From an uncultured Candidatus Saccharibacteria bacterium (GTDB taxonomy: Bacteria; Patescibacteriota; Minisyncoccia; Phycocordibacterales; VMEP01): a stretch of 50,641 nt of DNA. The position numbers and the translations under genes were made by a program. The notes beneath the pieces were generated by a model. That model saw only the letters and a list, made by a program, of their open reading frames with translations, had not been told where the DNA came from and did no database searches. The DNA lies in contig CAYPVT010000001.1 of NCBI GenBank assembly GCA_964414265.1, forward strand, positions 1 to 50,641, read 5' to 3'. Each line of letters begins with the position of its first letter. Within the stretch, counting starts at the first letter, position 1. Shown here one piece after another: positions 36,311 to 42,835 of this stretch.

Positions 36311-37441
36311 TCAAATCTTATTAAGAATAGCCCTAAGTTTGTCATTTGAATAAACCCGTTGCTTCATTTGGATCCCCTTATCGTTAATAATTTTTTTTTC
36401 TGCAAGTTTTTCCAAATATCTAACGCACGTAGGTCTAGGTATATGAGTCATTCTGCTTAAAATCGGAGCTGTAATATAAGGACGAGAAAATGTGGCTTCT
36501 AAGGCCCTAATCAAACCGAGACCAGCAGTTTCCGTCTCAATCATAGCCCTACTTTTCTTAAACAGTTCATCAATTTTTATTGAAAGATTAAGTGATATTT
36601 TTGCTTGTTCTTCAAGGCCCTTAAGAAAAAATAATAACCAAGCGCGCCAATTTTGTTTTTTATCCACTTTTGAAAGTACGCTCATATATAACCTTTTATG
36701 TCTCTCAAAATAACCACTTGGATAAAGTATCGGCATTTCTAATAAACCTTTCTTTATCAAAAAAAGAGTTATCAATAGACGTCCAACTCTTCCATTCCCA
36801 TCTTCAAATGGGTGTATTGCTTCAAAATGATGATGTATGACGCCTGCAACAATAAGTGGATTAGTGCTACTGGGACTAAGAATAAATTTTTCTAACTCTT
36901 CCATTAACTGTGCTACATGTATTGGTTCTGGGGGAACATATCTCGCTTTTCCCTTACCTGTTCCACTTTGACCAATCCATACGGGTTTTTTTCTAAATTC
37001 ACCAGGATTTTTATTCTTTCCGCGTGTTCCAGTCATTAGGGTTTTGTGGATACTTCTAATAAGGAAATTATTTAAATTATATTTTTTAAGTATTTCAATT
37101 CCCTCAAGCATTGCTTTCTCATAATTGTATATTTCAAATGCTTCGTGCCTTTCTTCGTCTGTTTGGCCAATAACACCTATCTTAAAGACATCGTCGATAG
37201 ATGCCTGAGTTCCTTCTAGCTGAGAACTTGACTCTGCTTCTTTACTAAGAATCGGACGCATTAAAAGCGCAGCGTTTGTGAGAAGTCTCGGAATCTGTTT
37301 CAGGCTCCCAATTGCCCCCTGAGTTTCAGCCAATTGATTTGCCAACTCTTCATCATAAATACTAGACAAATCTGGAGGAAATTTTTGAGCTAGTATTTTA
37401 TTCATTAGCTCATATATAGCAAAAAATGAGCTAGTGGTCAA
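36311..37441 (-). CDS. Fic-family protein (AMPylase-type) with an internal inhibitory motif
   Basis: Fic motif HPFEDGNGRVGRLL. Upstream SSQLEG fits the (S/T)xxxE(G/N) inhibitory helix. C-terminal winged-helix-like tail. Confidence 0.88.
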   Translation of the reverse strand: MTTSSFFAIYELMNKILAQKFPPDLSSIYDEELANQLAETQGAIGSLKQIPRLLTNAALLMRPILSKEAESSSQLEGTQASIDDVFKIGVIGQTDEERHEAFEIYNYEKAMLEGIEILKKYNLNNFLIRSIHKTLMTGTRGKNKNPGEFRKKPVWIGQSGTGKGKARYVPPEPIHVAQLMEELEKFILSPSSTNPLIVAGVIHHHFEAIHPFEDGNGRVGRLLITLFLIKKGLLEMPILYPSGYFERHKRLYMSVLSKVDKKQNWRAWLLFFLKGLEEQAKISLNLSIKIDELFKKSRAMIETETAGLGLIRALEATFSRPYITAPILSRMTHIPRPTCVRYLEKLAEKKIINDKGIQMKQRVYSNDKLRAILNKI

Positions 37442-37527
37442 GCCATCAGTCCATCAGTGAGCAGGTCGTGTGCTGATTACTACACTGCAACAAAAAACCT
37501 GGCCCGAAGGCTATGTCTAAATCCTGT

Positions 37528-37910
37528 AAAACACAAGCTCCCTTAAAATTACCCAAACACCAAAACCTTATCTGAACTCTCAACCATTTTGAGTAAATCT
37601 GGCATCGTGGAAACTTGGTGCACGCCATTTTCCATACCACGTAATTTAAGACAGGAACCGCACGCATATATTTCTCCCTTTATTTCCTTAAATTCAGTTA
37701 TTTTTGCCGAGATATCAAAATCTTTAGTGTCTGAAATAATATCTAACTCCGAACCCTCGCTCATCAAAAAAACTTCCACTTGATGACCTGCTTTTAGCGA
37801 AGTAATTCCGAAACGAAACGTATTCCAAACATGTTCTGGCTTATTTGACTGTAAAATGATTCCAAATTTCATAAATTTTATTGTACTAGGTTTCTTAATG
37901 TAACTCCACC
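37528..37910. repeat. 383-bp perfect direct repeat, copy 2
   Basis: Identical to 34920-35302. Ends at the attR-like ssrA repeat. Confidence 0.9.
37549..37872 (-). CDS. DsrE/DsrF-like family protein (identical second copy)
   Basis: Protein sequence identical to the 34941-35264 product. Confidence 0.6.
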   Translation of the reverse strand: MKFGIILQSNKPEHVWNTFRFGITSLKAGHQVEVFLMSEGSELDIISDTKDFDISAKITEFKEIKGEIYACGSCLKLRGMENGVHQVSTMPDLLKMVESSDKVLVFG

Positions 37911-37922
37911 ATTAAAAACATT
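37904..37922 (+). repeat. attR-like 19-bp direct repeat of the ssrA 3' end
   Basis: CTCCACCATTAAAAACATT is identical to 32565-32583. Confidence 0.85.
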
Positions 37923-38007
37923 GGCTTTCCCCAAAAAAAACCACCCAAACACCACTTTCCCCTCCCTCCTTGTGTATTTACCCTAAAGTAGGCTAGACTA
38001 TATAACT

Positions 38008-38166
38008 ATGGATGAAAAAATAATTGGGTATTGTGTGAAGTGTAAGGAAAAGCGTGAGATGAAGGATGTTCAGCAGACTGAAATAAAGCCTGGACGCCCT
38101 GCAGCAAAAGGTACATGTACAGTGTGTGGAACTGGAATGTACAAAATCCTTCCTTCAAAGAAGTAG
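38008..38166 (+). CDS. Small zinc-ribbon protein (DUF5679-like)
   Basis: 52-aa ORF absent from the track (under 60 aa): MDEKIIGYCVKCKEKREMKDVQQTEIKPGRPAAKGTCTVCGTGMYKILPSKK. Has CxxC...CxxC and is followed by a terminator. Confidence 0.65.
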   Translation: MDEKIIGYCVKCKEKREMKDVQQTEIKPGRPAAKGTCTVCGTGMYKILPSKK

Positions 38167-38183
38167 TTTTAATTAATAGAAAC

Positions 38184-38220
38184 AAAAACAGCCCGACGAA
38201 AGTTTGGGCTGTTTTTGTTT
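38184..38220 (+). terminator. Rho-independent terminator
   Basis: AAAAACAGCCC-GACGAAAGTT-TGGGCTGTTTTTGTTT. Confidence 0.75.
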
Positions 38221-38249
38221 GGTTTGGTATAGTGTTTCATAAATTTAAA

Positions 38250-38323
38250 GGGCTCATAGTATAGCGGTAATACGCGTCCATGGCATGGACGAGTTCGGGG
38301 TCCGACTCCCCGTGAGTCCACCA
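38250..38323 (+). tRNA. tRNA-Ala(GGC), CCA encoded
   Basis: GGGCTCA/TA/GTATAGCGGTAATAC/G/CGTCC-ATGGCAT-GGACG/AGTTC/GGGGTCCGACTCCCC/GTGAGTCC-A-CCA. The G3:U70 identity pair is present. Confidence 0.9.
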
Positions 38324-38413
38324 AAGCTAAAAATCTCCCCTGCGGGAGATTTTTAGCTTTGGTGGAAGGCGGAGCCATATTTCGTCAGCAGACGAAATGG
38401 CGAGCCAGGGTCG
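38324..38413 (+). repeat. tRNA-Ala trailer: 22-bp hairpin sequestering the CCA end, plus a truncated 3H core
   Basis: CCACCAAAGCTAAAAATCTCCC-CTGC-GGGAGATTTTTAGCTTTGGTGG (starts inside the tRNA at 38318), then AA-GGC-GGA-[CCATATTTCGT CAGCAG ACGAAATGG]-GA-GCC-AGGGTCG. There is no P3/GTGACC. Confidence 0.7.
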
Positions 38414-38455
38414 TAAATTAAGTTTCTTATTCTCATCAATCTACCTGTTTTCATC

Positions 38456-38527
38456 TTTAAAAACATTGCGCAGTACGACGGCACGAGCATAGCAAAAACT
38501 TAGTAAAGTTTTATGCGCGTTTTTAAA
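38456..38527 (+). repeat. 3H structured element, stand-alone copy with a 9-bp outer stem
   Basis: TTTAAAAAC-AT-TGC-GCA-[GTAC GACG GCAC]-GA-GCA-[TAGCAAAAACTT AGT AAAGTTTTATGC]-GC-GTTTTTAAA. Confidence 0.65.
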
Positions 38528-38599
38528 TACAAAAAAACAAAAAGAAATATATTGATTATTCCCCCCTTCTCGGCTACAATTCACTGAATAAACAAACAC

Positions 38600-39121
38600 G
38601 TGTCCGTTAAACTCCGCATAAACAATCAAATAAGAGCCCAGGAATTACGTATCATTGACAACGAAGACGGGAATTTAGGCGTTATGTCGTTTGCTGACGC
38701 TTTGGCCAAAGCCAAGGAGAAAGGCCTAGATTTAATTGAAATATCGCCAGATATAGTCCCACCGGTTGCAAAAATAATGGATTATGGTAAATTTCAGTAC
38801 GAGCAGAGCAAGAAAAACAAGAAAATCAAGGCTCACGCTCATGTGACCGAAACCAAGACGGTTCAGGTTAAAATCGGCACTTCTGAGCACGATCTCGGCA
38901 TAAAAGCCAAAAAAGCGTCAGAATGGCTCAAAGATGGCCATCGCGTTAGAGCAGACCTATATTTAGCGGGGCGCGCAAAGTATATGGAGGAAAAATTCCT
39001 TAAAAGTCGCCTCGAACGCATACTTGTTTTGATTAGCGAAAACTACAAAATTGCGGACCCTTTCAAAAAGGGGCCAAAAGGATATAGTATTGTTCTCGAA
39101 AGAGACGCCAAGAAAAACTAG
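38600..39121 (+). CDS. infC: Translation initiation factor IF-3
   Basis: INNQIRAQELRIID, KIMDYGKFQYEQSKK and the C-terminal domain. Non-ATG (GTG) start, as is usual for infC. Followed by rpmI-rplT. Confidence 0.94.
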   Translation: MSVKLRINNQIRAQELRIIDNEDGNLGVMSFADALAKAKEKGLDLIEISPDIVPPVAKIMDYGKFQYEQSKKNKKIKAHAHVTETKTVQVKIGTSEHDLGIKAKKASEWLKDGHRVRADLYLAGRAKYMEEKFLKSRLERILVLISENYKIADPFKKGPKGYSIVLERDAKKN

Positions 39122-39139
39122 GTCCGAACAAGCAAACAA

Positions 39140-39337
39140 ATGACAAAAACAAACAAATCATTTTCAAAAAGACTCCGTGTAACAAAGAACGGTAAAATTA
39201 TCGGCCGAAAGCCTGGTTTTAACCATTTTAATGCTAAACAAAGTCGAGAAAAACAACTTGCGGGAAAGCTTGGTGTTGCTTTTAAAATGACCAATAAAGA
39301 AAAGAGTCGTTTTCTTCCAGGATTAAAACAGAGGTAA
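39140..39337 (+). CDS. rpmI: 50S ribosomal protein L35
   Basis: 65 aa, very basic (KTNKSFSKRLRVTKNGKI). Sits in the infC-rpmI-rplT operon position. Confidence 0.92.
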   Translation: MTKTNKSFSKRLRVTKNGKIIGRKPGFNHFNAKQSREKQLAGKLGVAFKMTNKEKSRFLPGLKQR

Positions 39338-39347
39338 TTTAAATAAT

Positions 39348-39698
39348 ATGACAAGAGTAAAAAGAGGAACAATTGCAAGCAAGACACGACGTAACGTCCT
39401 TAAGAAGGTAAAGGGTTTTCGTTTTGGTCGCTCAACTAAAGAAATCATGGCCCATGAGGCTTTGGTTCATGCTGGGAAGTATTCTTTTGCACACAGAAAA
39501 GACAAGAAAAATGATTTTCGTCGTCTTTGGACAGTGCGTATCAACGCAGCAATTCGTCCACACGGTCTTTCGTATAGCAAGTTCATCAACATTTTGAAAC
39601 TAAAAAATATTGAAATAGACAGAAAGGTTATGTCTGATATCGCAGACAAGAAACCAGAAAGCTTCAAGAGAATCGTAGAATTCGCAATGGCAAAATAA
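39348..39698 (+). CDS. rplT: 50S ribosomal protein L20
   Basis: MTRVKRGTIASKTRRNVLK...AFRRLWTVRINAA is a canonical L20 sequence. Confidence 0.96.
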   Translation: MTRVKRGTIASKTRRNVLKKVKGFRFGRSTKEIMAHEALVHAGKYSFAHRKDKKNDFRRLWTVRINAAIRPHGLSYSKFINILKLKNIEIDRKVMSDIADKKPESFKRIVEFAMAK

Positions 39699-39710
39699 AT
39701 ATCCAAAACA

Positions 39711-39738
39711 AAAAAAACCACCTAACGGTGGTTTTTTT
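39711..39738. terminator. Bidirectional rho-independent terminator
   Basis: AAAAAAA-CCACC-TAAC-GGTGG-TTTTTTT between convergent rplT and the LOG-like gene. Confidence 0.85.
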
Positions 39739-39752
39739 AATTGCCTCGTTTT

Positions 39753-40391
39753 CTATTGAACTGCTTTCAGTAATTCTTCGTTACTTGGAGGAGTATCTGG
39801 TAAACGAGTTGTCTCCCCTCGCGTGGCTCTATCTTTTTTAACAATTTCTATAACTCTCTCAACAAGTCTTTTTGGGTCAGATTCAAAAATAATCTTATTA
39901 TTTACGCGATTACTTTTATCCATAATATTTTTCAAAACTTCGTCCATATCCCAATCGCCTTGTAATATCCCAATTGGCTTATCATCTTCATAAGCGATAG
40001 TAAATTCGTGCACAGTACCAATACGCCCACAGCCTATAATAATAGCCTCTGCAGAGCGGGTTAGGAGAAGATCTCGCCCTGAGTAACCAAATCCGGTGTA
40101 AACAATAATGTCGTGGTAATCAACAGGTAAACGGTAAACCTCGCGGTGTTCTTTTTCGTTGGCGGCAGGAGAAAAACCAACAACAATACCACTTACCTCC
40201 TTCGCTCCAATGGCAGCCCACAATGGAAATCCAGTTGTAGCGCCGTTTTCTAAAATTGCCCCCTGTCTCGCAATTTCCTTGCCGAGCTCTTTTGCTTTTT
40301 CTAATGCCCCGAGACCACAATGCCCAGTTTCAGCCGCGCCGGAAACACAAATTCTTATTCTATTGTGAAAATGCTTATCGTTTTCTTCCAT
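39753..40391 (-). CDS. LOG/TIGR00725-family (SLOG, lysine-decarboxylase-like) protein
   Basis: 212 aa with a Rossmann-like fold. ICVSGAA...GATTG...IIIGCGRIGTVHEF resembles the PGGxGTxxE LOG motif. Confidence 0.65.
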   Translation of the reverse strand: MEENDKHFHNRIRICVSGAAETGHCGLGALEKAKELGKEIARQGAILENGATTGFPLWAAIGAKEVSGIVVGFSPAANEKEHREVYRLPVDYHDIIVYTGFGYSGRDLLLTRSAEAIIIGCGRIGTVHEFTIAYEDDKPIGILQGDWDMDEVLKNIMDKSNRVNNKIIFESDPKRLVERVIEIVKKDRATRGETTRLPDTPPSNEELLKAVQ

Positions 40392-40414
40392 ATATTTTAA
40401 TGTTTTTTATTATA

Positions 40415-41830
40415 TCAGAAATCAAGTTCGACTGATTCGCCGGCCTGTGGGGCCATCGCGTTGAGTCCTAAATAATCGCGCAACCTTTGAACAAAAAACA
40501 TTGTTGTTTTTGGTTCTCCATGAACTACGAAAACTTTTTTAAGAGTATCAGCAGTGCCCTTAACAAACTTAAATAAATGATCGCCATCTTTGTGCGCAGA
40601 ATAACCCGAAATACTAACAACCTTCGCCTTAACCTCTACTTCTGTGGCGTTTATTCTAACTCTTTTTGCCCCTTCTTGAAGCATTCTCCCGGGTGTACCA
40701 ACGGCCTGATAACCAATGAGCATCAAGGTGCTTCTAGGGTCTCCGAGATAATTTTGCTCATGATGCACTATTCTCCCCCCGTTTGACATACCGGAGCCTG
40801 CAATAATTATTTTTGGATTTGGATAATCAATAATTTTTTTAGACTCCTCTGTGGTGGGGGTAAGTTTTAATCCTGGGAAATTAAAAATATCATCTCCTCC
40901 GTGAATAATCCCTAACGCTTCTTTATTGAAAAAATCCTGATTATTTCGATAAATTTTTGTCACATTTATCGCAAGTGGTGAATCCAAAAATATTGAAACT
41001 GGGGGGATTCTTTTATTTTCAACAAGATTATTTATTTCAAGCAAAAGATCTTGTGTTCGTTCTATTGAAAATGCTGGAATCATAAGAACGCCACCTTTGC
41101 TGATTGTGTCTTCAATAACCTGCTCTGTTTTTTTCTTTCGTTCATCCACGCTTTCATGGTTGCGGTCACCATAAACGCTTTCAATAACCATGTAATCAGC
41201 ATCTGTCACTTTTTCTGTATCACGAAGCAGTGGCGCTGGAGAATTTCCCAAGTCACCAGTAAAAAGAATTTTCTTTCCGTTGTATGTAATTTCAACCATT
41301 GCTGAGCCTAAAATATGTCCGGCATCCCTAAATACAACGGAAATATTTTCCCCAACTTTTACAGGTTCGTGATAATTAACCGTTTTCCACAACTTAACAG
41401 CACGAAGAACATCTTCTTCGCGGTAAATAACTGGGTGATTATCTCGTTTCGCTTCTTTTCCTAAAACACCGAGACTATCCATCAAAGATAATTCTCCTAT
41501 TTCCTTCGTTGGTATTGTTGAATAAATTTCCCCACGAAAACCATCCTTAATAAGCTTTGGAATGCGCCCAATGTGGTCAATGTGAGCATGGGTCACAAAA
41601 ACAACATCAATTTCAGCCGCATTATACAAAAGTGGGTCTAGATTTCTAAGGTCACCAATTTTACTGCCTTGATATAAGCCACAATCAATCAAGATTTTTT
41701 TGCCCTCTCCTTCAATAAGAAAATTGGAGCCAGTGACTTCACCAGCTCCGCCAAAAAATGAAAGTTTTAATTTTTTTGAGATTGCCATTCGTTCAAATAA
41801 GGATGCTCTATCGTTTCTGTATTCTAACAT
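40415..41830 (-). CDS. MBL-fold beta-CASP RNA-metabolising hydrolase
   Basis: Metallo-beta-lactamase motif VTHAHIDHIGR. Downstream D/H motifs (DAGHILGS, SAHKD, VHGE) are arranged as in the beta-CASP family. Confidence 0.85.
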   Translation of the reverse strand: MLEYRNDRASLFERMAISKKLKLSFFGGAGEVTGSNFLIEGEGKKILIDCGLYQGSKIGDLRNLDPLLYNAAEIDVVFVTHAHIDHIGRIPKLIKDGFRGEIYSTIPTKEIGELSLMDSLGVLGKEAKRDNHPVIYREEDVLRAVKLWKTVNYHEPVKVGENISVVFRDAGHILGSAMVEITYNGKKILFTGDLGNSPAPLLRDTEKVTDADYMVIESVYGDRNHESVDERKKKTEQVIEDTISKGGVLMIPAFSIERTQDLLLEINNLVENKRIPPVSIFLDSPLAINVTKIYRNNQDFFNKEALGIIHGGDDIFNFPGLKLTPTTEESKKIIDYPNPKIIIAGSGMSNGGRIVHHEQNYLGDPRSTLMLIGYQAVGTPGRMLQEGAKRVRINATEVEVKAKVVSISGYSAHKDGDHLFKFVKGTADTLKKVFVVHGEPKTTMFFVQRLRDYLGLNAMAPQAGESVELDF

Positions 41831-41837
41831 CCATTCT

Positions 41838-41867
41838 AAAAAAGAAAAAATCCTGCCTCCTGCAGGA
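41838..41867 (-). terminator. Intrinsic-terminator-like hairpin 8 nt upstream of the beta-CASP start codon
   Basis: Minus strand: CCTGC-AGGAG-GCAGG followed by ATTTTTTCTTTTTT, ending at 41838. The start codon is at 41830. Confidence 0.55.
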
Positions 41868-42228
41868 ATCTTTCTTAGAGTTACTTAGTAAGGTTAGCCA
41901 CTAGCGTAGTAATACGTGGGTGCTCTCTACACTGCGCCAAGGCGTAATGTAAGCCTAAGCTCCCGGAACTAATGACTTGATCTAGATAACCTCCCAAATA
42001 ACTCTACCTAAATCGTATCACCGAGAAATCTGTTTGCAATATTGACCCCATTAGAAATTTATATCGGAATGGACTAAAAGTTAGAATATCTATATTTAAC
42101 AAACCATTTCTGATATTTATTGTAAATTATGAATATTTCTAACGGGGCAAGCCCCATTTAATTAGAAAATTATTTTCGAGCAAGACGAATCCCAAAAACA
42201 GCTTGGTTTATCTAATTATTTTAATCAA

Positions 42229-42705
42229 CTAGAACGCTTCGTCTGCGTAGATAAAAGGGAAATTAGGACGGTCGTAATCGAACAGCTCATCTTCCTTAAA
42301 GAAACGCTTGAGTTCTGCTTCTGCTGATTCTTTAGAATCCGATGCGTGAACAATGTTTGACTGACCACTCATAGAAAAATCTCCACGAATTGTTCCGGCA
42401 GGAGCTTCGTGTCCTTTTGTTGGCCCAACAATAGTACGAATCGCTGAAATTGCATTGATTCCTGTTATCGCCAAAACAACGACAGGTGTTGCTTTCATGT
42501 ATTCTTTTATTCCCCCGAAAAATGGTTTGTCTTTTATGTGGGCGTAATGCTCTTCAAGAACCGCGTCTTCTAGTTGCATCATCTTGAGTCCGCGAATTTT
42601 CAAACCCTTTCTTTCAAAGCGGTGAATCATCTCTCCAAGCAAACCCCTTTGGAGAGTATCTGGTTTAAAAATAATGAGCGACGTTTCTTTTTTCTCGTGA
42701 GCCAT
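42229..42705 (-). CDS. ndk: Nucleoside diphosphate kinase
   Basis: ETSLIIFKPD, GPTKG, RGDF and the active-site NIVHASD. 158 aa with a short C-terminal extension. Confidence 0.95.
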   Translation of the reverse strand: MAHEKKETSLIIFKPDTLQRGLLGEMIHRFERKGLKIRGLKMMQLEDAVLEEHYAHIKDKPFFGGIKEYMKATPVVVLAITGINAISAIRTIVGPTKGHEAPAGTIRGDFSMSGQSNIVHASDSKESAEAELKRFFKEDELFDYDRPNFPFIYADEAF

Positions 42706-42835
42706 AAATTTAGAAATTTAATTAACTGTTTAATGGCTAAAACAATCTGTATTCAGATTGTTCGCCCGGTCAAGTGACTTAGGGCTTATCCTAACAAAAA
42801 ATAGCTCAGTTCCGCAACCTTTCAAAAGTGAGTGT

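Larger units (their letters stand above)
32584..37922. mobile_element. ssrA-integrated genomic island (about 5.3 kb), no integrase in the window
   Basis: Bounded by perfect 19-bp repeats of the tmRNA 3' end. All eight ORFs are on the minus strand. Accessory-type cargo (TA pair, Fic, HNH-like, duplicated gene). Confidence 0.7.

Noticed and set aside
32584-37922. Integron (attC-bounded cassettes)
   Set aside because: There is no intI gene, and the junction motifs do not fit the R''/R' (RYYYAAC/GTTRRRY) attC cores. They resemble the ssrA 3' end instead, so the region is described only as an integron-like cassette array.
38169-38629. 69-aa and 62-aa minus-strand ORFs
   Set aside because: They overlap tRNA-Ala, its trailer hairpin, 3H copies and the infC start region. 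No motifs are present.
39118-39721. 89-aa and 84-aa minus-strand ORFs antisense to rpmI/rplT
   Set aside because: These are antisense shadows of highly conserved ribosomal protein genes.
41880-42000. SRP RNA, 6S RNA or RNase P RNA in the ndk/beta-CASP spacer
   Set aside because: I could not find the SRP domain IV GGAA/AGCA motifs, the RNase P GAGGAAAGUCC box or a 6S-type extended helix by eye. It is kept only as an unclassified candidate leader or sRNA in the findings.
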